64,000 nucleotides of DNA, taken from the NCBI GenBank assembly GCA_964106915.2, contig OZ066924.1; one strand, given 5' to 3'. Position 1 is the stretch's first letter. Each line of letters opens with the position of its first letter. Made by a program: the position numbers and the translations under genes. The stretch is from Podarcis gaigeae (Eukaryota). Below the pieces are notes generated by a model. It was not told the origin of the DNA and made no database searches. It saw only the letters and a program-made list of their open reading frames with translations. Of this stretch, positions 51,515 to 63,209 are shown piece after piece.

Positions 51515-51608
51515 CAAGTCTGGGAGGGAAAGATGTCAAAGGATGCATGATAAGTTCCACGGATGTAAGATTAACCAGAAAGAATTCTTGTAACTCTGGT
51601 ATGTCATC
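51515..51608 (-). CDS. ADGRV1: ADGRV1 exon (~39)
   Basis: 94 nt; DDIPELQEFFLVNLTSVELIMHPLTSFPPRL. Confidence 0.92.
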
Positions 51609-51936
51609 CTGAAAAACAGAAATACAATAAATACTCATGCTATTGTATGTTAACATGCATTTCAAGAATAATCAAAGAAAGCCGTCTTTAACATCCTAAA
51701 ACAGTGGTAGGGAACCTTCAGGGGGTCAAATGCCAGTGGTAGGTGGGGCCAGAGCCAAAACTGAGAGGAGCAAGGTATGAGACATTCATTCCTTATGCTC
51801 CCACCCCTGCCTTAGAACACTTATTACACAAGGTCGTTTGAGTCTTCTCTCCCAAAAGATGATTAATTACCTGTCCTCAGGTGGGTCTTCACATAACATA
51901 TGTAAAATAATATATGATGTAATTTAAAACGATTGA

Positions 51937-52118
51937 CAGTCATACCTCGGGTTACAGACAGTACTAGAATGGGTTACTTCCGGGTTTCGGCGCTCACACA
52001 TGCGCAGAAGTGCCGAATCGTGACCCACGCATGCGCAGACGCGGCGCTACGGTTCGAATGCTGCAGGTTGTGAACGTGCCTCCTGCACGGATCATGTTCA
52101 CAACCCGAGCGTCCACTG
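51937..52118. mobile_element. Tc1/mariner (Tigger-like) MITE, related to 14375-14603
   Basis: CAGTCATACCTCGGGTT...AACCCGAGCGTCCACTG|TA; shared acttccggg and catgcgcaga core. Confidence 0.8.
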
Positions 52119-52458
52119 TATCAGTGACAAGAGCTGGTTCTGTCAATGAAGATTTACTGCATAGTGTAGCCAAGAGATTGAAAATGAAAAATGTGTAGTG
52201 ATCCATTATCACAGCACACTAGTTGTGACGGCAGCCAAATAAACCAGTTGATCTCACTTGTATGCATCTCATATCTCTGTTTGTAACTGTTCCCCATGAC
52301 TTATCAACCATGGGTGGGTGGTTGCATCTACAATTAACTCCATACAGCAATAAAATATACATAGCATAAATATGACTCTGTTATATTCAAAGTATTATGG
52401 CCTAAATCCTGCATCCATCAGAATCATTTTTTGTTGTTGAACAGAATTACTTATTTAC

Positions 52459-52622
52459 CTCTAGAATAGTAACATTTATGGTAGCCAATGTTTCACCTTC
52501 TCCTAAAAGCAGTGACCCAGATACAGGTATGTAATCAACTCCTGGTTCAGCCAAAATCACGTCAGTTTGATTCCTTATGCCAAGAAATCCTGGAACTGTT
52601 GCATAGGTGAGATTGATAACAC
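52459..52622 (-). CDS. ADGRV1: ADGRV1 exon (~38)
   Basis: 164 nt; GVINLTYATVPGFLGIRNQTDVILAEPGVDYIPVSGSLLLGEGETLATINVTILE. Confidence 0.93.
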
Positions 52623-53142
52623 CTAGTGAGCATGCAAGAAAAGAGTTCAGTAATAATTCTAATCAAGGGAGTTGAAACATGAAGAGACATAAATAACTCT
52701 TGTCAATTCCATATATTCTTGTGGAAGTGAGAGGTATGTAAAATGACTTACATATGCGACAAATTTATGAAAAAAACAGTAATTAACACTCAACAACTAG
52801 AATCTGATCCTGTTCAGTATTTCAGACATGTTTTCTTTCCAGATATTCCAATTCCATCTCCACCCTGATACAATATTCTATAGCATTTCATTGGTGGTGA
52901 TGCCCTTAGAGAAAACCTGCCAACTGTGGATGGGGCTAAAGCAGGCAGCAATATAGCCAGAGCAAAAATAGTCAGTCGCCCACTCACACAATCTCTTTCC
53001 CCTACCCACTCTTCCCATGGGCCGGAGGTTCCCCATCTGAGCTAGTAGAAAGGTGTGTGTGTATGTGTGGGTACACACACACATGCAAACATTATTAAAT
53101 ACATAAAATTAATTTAGAATCCAACCCACTCCACATACCAAC

Positions 53143-53322
53143 CTAGAGATCCAAATTCTCTGTTAATGAAAAGCTGAATGGTTTTATTTCCCTCTTGTAC
53201 CAAAACAACTCTAGATGAAGGAGCAAAACTCAGAACTCCATGTGGTTCATCACTCGCCTCTATTGTCAAAACTGCTTCATAGCCTTGGCTATCCAAGATA
53301 GCAGCTCCAGAAGAAGCAACCC
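53143..53322 (-). CDS. ADGRV1: ADGRV1 exon (~37)
   Basis: 180 nt; GVASSGAAILDSQGYEAVLTIEASDEPHGVLSF...INREFGSL. Confidence 0.94.
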
Positions 53323-53876
53323 CTGAAAAACAAAATCAATAGACTATGTTAATCAGAACTGTCACCCACCGTATTTTGTTGTTGTTGTTTAAATAGCCCA
53401 AAGATCAGTTTAGTTGTTTCTTGAAGATGCTGCAAACTCTATAATTTAATTCAAGCACTATCTCTTAAAGTCAAAGTTCTTAGGGCTGGCAGGGAAGGTC
53501 AAAGCAGGCTATTCTACCTGGGAGTCAGAGTTTGCAGCCTCCTAGTGGTCCTAAGGCCAGAGGCCAATGTCCTTCCCTGTTGCTCTGCAGTTTCCGGACA
53601 ACTCGCATCAATGTTCACAAAGACATATCCCTCACCTGATCACTGTAGTATGATGTGATCACTTGCCTTTGTGACATCACAGATCAAGCACTACAGACAA
53701 AACATCACTAGCACCACACATCACTTCAGACACAATGCTTTTCATCTGAATCACTTAATACATTCTGCTGAATCTGTTAATACATGTAAACCACAAAATG
53801 CTGAGTGCTCAATTAATAAGCATGCATGTACAGATGATCCCTTATTTGCTGTTTCTCCATTGTGACCTGATGTTAC

Positions 53877-53976
53877 CTTGAGTTCTAACGTTGTACAGAA
53901 TCACTTGATATTCTTCTTTTTCTTCAGGAATATGGTCATCCAACAAGTGAACATAAAATGTTGCATTCAGTGATCC
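53877..53976 (-). CDS. ADGRV1: ADGRV1 exon (~36)
   Basis: 100 nt; GSLNATFYVHLLDDHIPEEKEEYQVILYNVRTQ. Confidence 0.93.
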
Positions 53977-54327
53977 CTGTTATTTAAGGGAGAAACCAGT
54001 GAACCACTATGCAATAGACAACTGAGTACTATAAACAGTTAAGAAATCTTCAGTTCCTTTACAGAAGACCACAGCCCCGTATCTCCTGTAGCTGTTTTAC
54101 CACAAGCCAGAACTGATACCTCAGCATCTTGCACAGCACAAGTGGGAACTTTTTTTCACTTTCAAGGGCCACAAACCCTTGGGGATAATCTGTCAGGCAC
54201 ACGTACTGCTGCTGGAAGCAGCCAGAGCTAACAGTAGGGTGGAGCAACTCCATTTTCTCTTTCTCCCTTTCTGCCAGCAGACTTCCTGCTTGGAGAGGGA
54301 GAGGTCACTGTTACAAGGGCTCTAAAC

Positions 54328-54651
54328 CAGGGGTCAGCAACCTTTTTCAGCCATAGGCCGGTCCACCGTCCCTCAGACCATGTGGTGGGACTATATATAT
54401 TTTTGGGGGGCGGGGGATGAATGAATTCCTATGCCCCACAAATAACCCAGAGATGCATTTTAAACAAAAGCACACCTTCTACTCATGTAAAAACACCAGG
54501 CAGGCCCCACAAATAACCCAGAGATGCATTTTAAATAAAAGGACACATTCTACTTATGTGAAAACAGGCTGATTCCCAGACCGTCTGCGGGCCAGATTTA
54601 GAAGGCGATTGGGCTGCATCCGGCCCACGGGCCTTAGGTTGCCTACCCCTG
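54328..54651. mobile_element. hAT (Charlie-like) MITE with an internal tandem duplication
   Basis: CAGGGGTCAGCAACCT...AGGTTGCCTACCCCTG; perfect 8-bp TSD ctctaaac; gccccacaaataacccagagatgcattttaaa occurs twice. Confidence 0.9.
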
Positions 54652-54941
54652 CTCTAAACTGACTGCTTACAGAAGGCTTTCTCCCTCTCCTCCTTTCTTT
54701 ACTCCATCCATTTCAGTTCCCTGCCCCTCCTTCTTCTCTCTCTGGACTCCCATCCACATGCAACCATAGGCTCTCCAACTCTAGTGAACGGCATTCAGTG
54801 GAAATAGAACTTTACTCTGGATAAAGAGCTTTGCACTGGATTTCTAAGACAGTAAAGTAGGCAATTCGATAAGGAAAGAAATCTGCTGTGCTTAATTGCA
54901 GCCATTCATACTTCCTCTTTATATATTCATTTTGTAGTTAC

Positions 54942-55072
54942 CTCCAAAAAAAAGAGCATGCCAGAAACATTTTCAAAATTATGTTCCAAGTGGGGCCCAA
55001 CAATTTTCCAATCAACAGTGACATTCCCTGTTCCTGGGGCAGTCCTTAGGACATGAAATGACAGCAACTCTC
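54942..55072 (-). CDS. ADGRV1: ADGRV1 exon (~35)
   Basis: 131 nt; GELLSFHVLRTAPGTGNVTVDWKIVGPHLEHNFENVSGMLFFLE. Confidence 0.93.
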
Positions 55073-57217
55073 CTAGGAATTAAAGAAAGCAGAACACAAT
55101 AGTAACCACAAGGAAAGAGATGCAAATTTTGTGTATAACCCACCCGGAACTTCTCCTGTACAGTCCCCATTGCTGCAAACAGAAGTTTTTCAAGTATACC
55201 AATGTGCTCTTAAGCAGCTCCAAGTCATTATAATGGCAAATGTGCATGAGAAGTTTTGGGTGAGTTGTTTCCACTGCCGGGATTGCTCTTAAAAGACCCT
55301 GAAGCATGCAAACTGTAAATAAAATAATCACAGTAGCATCCTTAAAAAAACAAACTATCAGGTATATATAGAAAGCCTTGCTTTAGACACCCTATTAATG
55401 AATTCGTTTAGTGAAAAAAGATCCAGATTTGTTGGAATGCTGAATCATGAAAATCTGTCTTCAGAAAGCAGCAGGGAAATATATAAAATTCATGCAAAGA
55501 ATTTAAGTATAAACACAACTGAAAGCAAATTACCAACAGAACATGCAAAAAAAAAAGCAGTAAGAGGGAGAAAAATAAACTCCTGTCAACTAAAAGAAAA
55601 AATAAATGCTGTATGTACTAGCTGTCTCATGTGATTACTTAAAGTAGTTTTTACAAGAAAGATACATATAATGTAACATTGCACTGTAGTGGAATGTTAC
55701 ACAATGCATGCAGAAAAATGCTTGGAATTACCTGTAGATTCCATTTATTTCAGTTAAAACTTACATGATAACATCAGTGTTACAATTTTCTTTGATTTCA
55801 GAGGGAAGAGTTCACAAAAAGTTAATCGTTACCTGCGTTTGACATATCATGTGCATAGATATTGCTCATTCATACTTTAGTATGTGAATATAAGTATAGA
55901 TGTAATGCATACACATCTAATGTACATGTAATACATATAAGACTTGAAGTATATGCCAGGAACATAAGTTTTCTGCACAGCCATGACAGTGCTTTTGATA
56001 GAGTAGTTTTGCTAATAGGACAACATGGGTTAATATGCATAAAAAAATTCCCCCTCTTCTGATATTGTAAATAATTAGCATCTATGTTGAAATAATCAAA
56101 CAAGTATAACCAATGTGAATAAATAAACCAAGAACTGTATACACTGTGGCGTGCCCAAAAAGTTAATATGCAAAATTTACATTTTAATTTAAAAAATAAA
56201 TAATGGTTTTGACTTGCAGAAAACCTATGGCCCTGTCACAATTATGCTGCCTATGTATTACTACTGCATTTTTTCAGGTGAGCAAAGTTTCAGTTTGCCA
56301 GTACATACAGTATTGCATGGGTCAAAGGAAGGAAAATGTAAATATAGTAGAGAACATTTATTTTACACATTAGATACATAGAGCATCCTATTGTGCAAGT
56401 GTAATTGTTATGAACTATTTTTATATTATTGAATATGTGTTTTTTCCTGAAACTCTTAAATTCTGTTTTCGTTGCAAATAAAGGTGGAGGGCACAGTATT
56501 CATCTTTTAAAATTTAACTCACAGTTATAACCAGGTTGTATATATATGGCTATTCCTTACCCACACTGTGAAAACACATGGGGTACTAGGATAGAGCAAA
56601 CTGAGAATCCAAACTTAGTTGTTATTTTTTAAAGTCAGATGTGATTGAGGGGGTATAGGGAGGAATGGAAAAGCCTCTCCGGTGATGGAAAGGAGCTTCA
56701 CTGTGGGGGAATCATGCCTAGCACAAAGGCTCCAAGTATGCTCACAGAAAGCCCAGGAGGCATAGATCTACTGAAGGCAGTGTTCATGAGGGAAGTAGGT
56801 GTGAAACTGGGGGCTGCAAAAGCATTCAGTGGTCTAAGAACTACCAGTTTCAATGTCTCCTTGTATCCCCATTGTTTGGGGCCCCAAATGACACCAGAGG
56901 AAGCATAGGTAGCTTTCTTCATGTTAGAGAAGGGAAAACAAAAACTGCTCTCTCCTCAGTCCTACTTTGGCCAGAGTGGGTCAACAGCACTCTGGTGGTG
57001 GCAGTGTCCCTGCCACGGATATACACTTAAGATTGTTCTACTTCAGTAGAAAGACAGGCTAATTGCTGGCAAAGCTTCCAGATTTCAAAACTGAAGGGCG
57101 GGAGGGAAGGCTGAACTGGATCTTCACAATAGTTGAGGAATTAGTTTCCCTGCCCTTCTCAATCTCCATAATCTTGCAGACCACAATTTAATTTTTTTGT
57201 TTTACTAAAAGTTATTA

Positions 57218-57574
57218 GGTAAAGGTAAAGGTACCCCTGCCCATACGGGCCAGTCTTGCCAGACTCTGGGGTTGGTGCGCCCATCTCACTCAAGAGGCCG
57301 GGGGCCAGCGCTGTCCGGAGACACTTCCGGGTCACGTGGCCAGCGTGACATCGCTGCTCTGGCGAGCCAGAGCCGCACACGGAAACGCCGTTTACCTTCC
57401 CGCTAGTAAGCGGTCCCTATTTATCTACTTGCACCGAGGGGTGCTTTCGAACTGCTAGGTTGGCAGGCGCTGGGACCGAGCAGCGGGAGCACACCCCGCC
57501 GCAGGGATTCGAACCGCCGACCATTCGATCGGCAAGCCCTAGGCGCTGAGGCTTTTACCCACAGCGCCACCTCC
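57218..57574 (-). mobile_element. Sauria SINE, near full length
   Basis: tRNA-like head GGTGGCGCTGTGG...GGTTCGAATCCC on the minus strand; (ACCTTT)n tail; TSD gttatta. Confidence 0.92.
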
Positions 57575-58317
57575 GTTATTACTGTACTACAATAATTACT
57601 TCCAAGCACACATCTCATGTATAACTGCAGAACTGGAAGTGATAAAACAACATGTGCTATAGGACACTGCAATGAAAGTAACAAAGGGACAATTTTCAGA
57701 TTAGATGGTTGTAATTTGCAATATTGCCAGAATATAATAGTAAGTATGCAGTCACTGTTTTAATTTTGAATGATCAAAGATGGATTGTATATATTTATCA
57801 CCAAAATAATAATATAACTATTAAAAAAAAATCAAACTATCAATTCACATCACAAAGTGACACCTTGTTTAATGTTATCCAGAATTATAAAAGCGTTTGG
57901 GAACCTGCACTAGGAATTCTAGGAACTATTTGTAGAGATATCAGCAATAAGCCCACATACAATTTGCATAAATGCAATGCATGTCTTATTCTAACTGTTT
58001 GAATTTTTCTTTTCTGCCCAGAGTAGCAGTTTTGGAGGAGAAACAAAATATAATCTCCACCCCCCGCCTCCACCCCATCCCAATAATATTTTGTACTGTA
58101 CTGAAATACATTTTATCCTATTTGAGAATTTTGCACCAATATCAAAAAGCAAATTAATAAAAGTGTAAAAAAGTCCACAATAGCAAAATACACAAATAAG
58201 ACTCAATATAGTTCAACACACCATTATACCGCACTATTTTATATCATTTGTAATAAAACACATTATGATACAGAGTGTAGCTGGCAAATTGTCTAAAAGA
58301 AGACTACAACAGATGGT

Positions 58318-58531
58318 CAAAACAAAAAAAATTCCTTCCAGTAGCACCTTAAAGACCAACTAAGTCAGTTCTTGGTATGAGCTTTCGTGTGCATGCACAC
58401 TTCTTATCTGAAGAAGTGTGCATGCACACGAAAGCTCATACCAAGAACTGACTTAGTTGGTCTTTAAGGTGCTACTGGAAGGAATTTTTTTTGTTTTGCC
58501 TATGGCAGACCAACACGGCTACCTATCTGTA
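58318..58531 (+). mobile_element. Penelope-like element remnant (inverted pseudo-LTR palindrome)
   Basis: Perfect 88-bp inverted repeat (58318-58405 / 58411-58498) with a 33-bp tail; 15-bp TSD actacaacagatggt (58303-58317, 58532-58546); contains a hammerhead core. Confidence 0.85.
58405..58440 (+). ncRNA. Minimal type I hammerhead ribozyme motif (PLE-type)
   Basis: TAT-CTGAAGA-A-GTGTG(CATG)CACAC-GAA-AGCT-C-ATA: CUGANGA core, stem II, GAAA, palindromic AGCU stem III, UC cleavage site and a short stem I. Confidence 0.7.
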
Positions 58532-58908
58532 ACTACAACAGATGGTGGTTGAGATCAGATTTCATGTTTACATTCGGCCCTTCCGACATTACAAATATGA
58601 ACAGCATTGGGCACTGTCCAGTCACAGGTGTTATTACAGACTGAAATTAAAACATGTAATGTCAGGGACAGTCCTCAATGTGTCTGATGGCGTTTGCATG
58701 ACAATGAGCATGTCTATGGGTTTTCATATACATGAGATCTAATAAAAAATCAAAGCCTCCACAGGCTACTTCCAGTCCCTTAATGAAAGCAGTATTGGAC
58801 CATGATAATGAGCAGTATCCAATTAATGCATCCTGCCCATGCAAAGATTTCTACATGTGCAATGGGGCTTTCCACTGTTCAACCTCCCCCGGCACACATA
58901 CCCTAAAC

Positions 58909-59044
58909 CAGTGTTTCCCAACCTTGTGCCTCCAGATGTTTTTGGCCTACAACTCCCATCATCCCTAGCTAGCAAGACCAGTGGTCAGGGATGATGGGAG
59001 TTGTAGGCCAAAAACATCTGGAGGCACAAGGTTGGGAAACACTG
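58909..59044. mobile_element. Palindromic hAT (Charlie-like) MITE, related to 50425-50558
   Basis: CAGTGTTTCCCAACCTTG...CAAGGTTGGGAAACACTG; perfect 8-bp TSD ccctaaac. Confidence 0.92.
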
Positions 59045-59106
59045 CCCTAAACCACCCCCAAATCAGCTTCAGAGAACAGATTTGTGTAGGTGCAAGGGGA
59101 GGAGAG

Positions 59107-59183
59107 AATCACAGAATTGCAGAGTTGGAAAGTATCCCAAGGGTTACTGAGTGCAACCCCCTTGTAATGCAGGAATCTCAACT
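59107..59183 (-). mobile_element. CR1 LINE 3' end
   Basis: Reverse-complement match to the CR1 tail at 22219-22340. Confidence 0.6.
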
Positions 59184-60089
59184 TGATCATACATGGCATA
59201 ACAGAATAGAATGGGAGATAGGGAAGTTCCCACTGAATAAGTGGAAATCTTGGGGCACATTACTCAGCTCTACTTAAGGTACAACCCGGTGAGTAAGAAA
59301 AATGGCCAAGTTAGGTATGCAGTGCAATCATTTGAGGAGTTGACATTTTATCTGCTTTTATTACACCAAAGATTGATACCATTGGAAATAGTATTGTGCA
59401 ATGCAGAATTACAAGGGCACATGTTAAGAATTCCCTCATTCTAATGGATAAAAGGAGTATGTTTTTGAAAGATAGTGTGAAGGAAGGGATTATTATTATT
59501 ATTATTATTTTAAAAACTGTCATCTACATAATTCCGAAATCATGGCCTGCAGTCCTCAAAACCATTTCTCGAGAATAGCTCCCTCTGCTTCAGCTGAATT
59601 CCTTTAGGATAAACAATCTGAGGATCAAGTCATCACTTGATGATGGAATGATGACCTTCATTCCCTCATCAACATGGGTTGATGCTCATCATAACAGGTT
59701 AGTGCTGGAAGCAGTGGAAAGGTGAGTCTCTGAGATAGGTGTAAAAAACTGAGGAAACCGTAAGTGCTACCAAGATGGCAGATCGGTTGAGTAATAAGGT
59801 TAGGTTCTGCCTGTTTCAGGGAGGGAGCACCTTAATGGGCTGGATTTTCCTAATATGGAAATATGTTGATGACCCTAGCACTAATTAATAAAAATGAAAG
59901 CTTGACACCAAAGGAAATGTTTAGCCATTTCAGAACTTTTTGAATATCTACTGATTATTCTTTTTAAATGAACGTGTCTGGATAAAGCTAAAGTACTCTT
60001 AAACTTTAGAACCTGGAAGCTAAATGTTCACTGCGGTCTCTAAATTCTATAATAAAAAGTTATTTAGCTCCACAGTAGTGTGTGCGTCT

Positions 60090-60090
<1 letters not shown>

Positions 60091-60131
<41 letters not shown>
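60091..60131. repeat. (GT)20 microsatellite
   Basis: Directly seen. Confidence 0.97.
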
Positions 60132-60133
<2 letters not shown>

Positions 60134-62263
60134 GAAAACATAGTTGGTGGCAAACAGAGTCCATGAAGGTCACCATGCAGTTTGTGTTAATTCCTTGTGC
60201 TCATTGATGGATCTTCTTAGCATGTCAGGTTACAGCTGCTTTGACATGCTCATGAGAGCCATTAATGTGGGAAAGAACAGTAAGAAAGCTCAGGCATACA
60301 GCAGCACAGAATCAACAATGGTGACCTATGTGGAAACTTCCCAAAAACGGTAATGATGACCTTTCACATACAAGAGATATATACATAGATTAGACAGTTG
60401 ATATAACAGGGCCTGCAGAATCTTTAGTAAAAGTGCATCTAATGCATGCAGATTTTTGCTTAACAGTTACTGTCGTTCTTTCCAAGAGAAGGCAGCACTG
60501 TATCAGGAAATGCATCAAAAACATGAAAGAGGCATGCAGGTCCCCCAATCCACATTTTAAATACTAACAAAACAAGATTTGGTCAATTCCAACCATTACA
60601 GGCAGAGAGGGTGTGCAGTTAGGAATGTCAATCTCACATTAGTTTGACTACACATGACTATTTTCCACCAGTGGTGACATAATATTGCTATTTTTCATTC
60701 ATATGCTTGACAAGGAATTCTATACATGTCTGCTTGGAAGTAAGTTTGAGTACAATGTATGCATGTATAGGATTGGTACACCACCACCTCTGTTTGTATT
60801 CCACTGATGATGATTAGAGGCACTGGCTGTAGATTTGCTCCCAGGAGTTGGCATGCAGCCAAAAGCATAGTAAATTGGAAACAAATCCCATTGACTTAAT
60901 CCATTGGCTAAAGTGGTCTAGGGTAGCACTGTGAATTCAAGAGATAGTACAAACAGCTAACATAGGTGTTTGTGCTCTGGATGCTGTTACCTTGCCACTA
61001 ATTAGGAATGTTCTTCCTTATGGATTAGAAATACTCCTTTTAAGTATAACAGCAGTTTATAGCTACTGCTGTCATTATTGTTAGAAAACAGCCAAGAGTG
61101 CCTTAACTGTACTGATTATCCATAATGAAATTAAACAATTCATATACTTAAGGGTCACAGACAGCTGCAAACAAAAGCCTCTTACAGCAAATCAAATATA
61201 AAGACCTAGCTACTCAGCGCCTTCAGCGAAGGAAAGAGATTCCAGACATAGGCATAGCATAGCAACACCATGGCAGAATGCTTTCTTAACATCAGTGGGA
61301 GTCACCTAGAAGCAAAGGTGTTCAGGAAAGAAGTGGGAAAGTCTCACATGGCCCAAGTAAATGGCTAAATATTGCTGGAAGCAATATTAAGTTGCTTAAT
61401 CCAAGAAATCCAAGAAATACTTGGACTTTAGATTGGCTCACGTGCAATTGAAGAGCCATGAATGTGTCCTTACTAACACTTAAGTGGCCTAGCTTATTTA
61501 TATATATTAAATATTTCCAGAATTTGTTGTGAAAGAGATAAAGAAATTGAACAGGGTTTTTAAACAGAGGCTTGCACATGAACTGTAAGTAGCAAAACTC
61601 GGGCCAAAGTAGATGTCAAATGAATCCCTGCATTTTAAGGTGCACATTTTTATTGCAAATAGAAGTCCCTAGTGGGATTGATGATTATCAGGACTGCAGC
61701 AGGTAAGGAAGGTGGATTTAGCAATTTTCTCTCCTGTTGCAAGTTCTGAGGAAAATGCTTTCTACAAAGAATTCATTCCATTGGCACCCACTATGGATTT
61801 CCTCCAAATATAAATTATTATTATTTTTCTGAAAAGTGGTTTTCATCAGGACCAGAGCAAATAAGGAAAGGGTAAAACTTCCCCTTCCCACCTGTTGTAA
61901 TCCCAATAATTAACACACATGGCCTGGCATGGCTGCTATTTGCGTATTGCAAAATGTGCAAATTAAATGCAGAGATATATTTTGCATCATGTTTAGTTTG
62001 ACCTTGAATCTCTACAAAATAGTGGACAATGAAATTGTTTCTCCCCTTTCCTCATTAGGGATTTTTAAAAAAGTTTATTGCTTGTTTGATTTCTGATGCA
62101 CTATAGAAATAAATGATATATGTGGCTAAAGACCCTCTCAGAATTTTCTTTTCTCAATTTCAACCTATGTGGTAAATCAAAGTAAGCCATTACTGTGAGA
62201 AAGCATAGGCAAATGGATTGATAGCACACAGAGTGAGAGTAGTGAAAATGGAGAGGAACCCAC

Positions 62264-62473
62264 CTTCATGACCGATAACAGATCTCGAAGATGTCTGAAA
62301 GCTAATAATTCCTGCCACATTGTCATTGGCCAGAATAACCACAGTGACCGTATCTGAGCTGGGTTGAATACGACTGCCACCATCAGTGTGAATCAAACGG
62401 ATGATAATGCTTTCGTCATCCTCGGGTTCAGAGTCATCTAGAATTGTCAATGTGATTGTCTTTTTTGTTTCAC
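62264..62473 (-). CDS. ADGRV1: ADGRV1 exon (~34), Calx-beta
   Basis: 210 nt; GETKKTITLTILDDSEPEDDESII...LANDNVAGIISFQTSSRSVIGHE. Confidence 0.95.
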
Positions 62474-62847
62474 CTGACACAAAAAAATGAAAGGCTTTTA
62501 GACAATCCGTGCTACCACTGTTTCAGCAGTAATCATCCCAGTGCTTAAAATAAACAAACTGAACAGCTTTCTGGGGGGGCTAACACATAAGCAGAGCAAA
62601 TTCAGTTCATGGTACTATTTAATATGTTTATTTATTTTACCTTTGCTGATTAGTCATCCGAGTTGTTTTCTTTTACTCTTCTTGACACAGAGTCCCAACC
62701 CAGTGAGAGCTTCAGTCATCTAGACTAATCTATTTTATAGCATTTTAAATATACTGCAAGCTGCCTCAGGGTCTTCAGTAAAAAGACAAGGTATATACAT
62801 TTCAACCAAATAAATATCTTCATATTGGCCATATCTGCTAATATATA

Positions 62848-63209
62848 GGTAAAGGTAAAGGTACCCCTGCCCGTACGGGCCAGTCTTGACAGACTCTGGG
62901 GTTGTGCGCCCATCTCACTTAAGAGGCCAGGGGCCAGCGCTGTCCGGAGACACTTCCGGGTCACGTGGCCAGCGTGACAAAGCTGCATCTGGCGAGCCAG
63001 AGCCACACACGGAAACGCCGTTTACCTTCCCGCTGGTAAGCGGTCCCTATTTATCTACTTGCACCCGGAGGTGCTTTCGAACTGCTAGGTTGGCAGGCGC
63101 TGGGACCGAGCAGCGGGAGCGCACCCCGCTGCAGGGATTCGAACCGCCGACCTTTCGATCGGCAAGTCCTAGGCGCTGAGGCTTTAACCCACAGCGCCAC
63201 CTGCGTCCC
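62848..63209 (-). mobile_element. Sauria SINE, full length
   Basis: Starts GGGACGCAGGTGGCGCTGTGG on the minus strand; B-box GGTTCGAATCCC; (ACCTTT)n tail; perfect 13-bp TSD ctgctaatatata. Confidence 0.94.

Larger units (their letters stand above)
622..62473 (-). other. ADGRV1: ADGRV1 (VLGR1/GPR98) adhesion GPCR gene, internal portion with 50 coding exons; the gene extends beyond both window ends
   Basis: Repeated Calx-beta motifs (ILDDxxPExxE, ANDDxxGxxxF), EAR-type repeats, GPS motif CSCSHMSIY and TM1-2 occur in the ADGRV1 order. All exons have AG acceptors and GT donors (one GC), with continuous phase. Confidence 0.98.

Noticed and set aside
57480-57574. tRNA-like A/B boxes as a tRNA gene (also 63115-63209 and 42687-42750)
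   Set aside because: They are SINE heads continuous with SINE bodies and tails, and they do not form a full cloverleaf.
50425-59044. MITE pair driving back-splicing of exons ~35-39 (669 nt, a multiple of 3)
   Set aside because: Each MITE would preferentially fold on itself, and the sequence gives no direct support.
622-62473. ADGRV1 pseudogenisation or exon loss
   Set aside because: All 50 exons join in frame with no stop seen; the one apparent donor problem is resolved by a GC donor.
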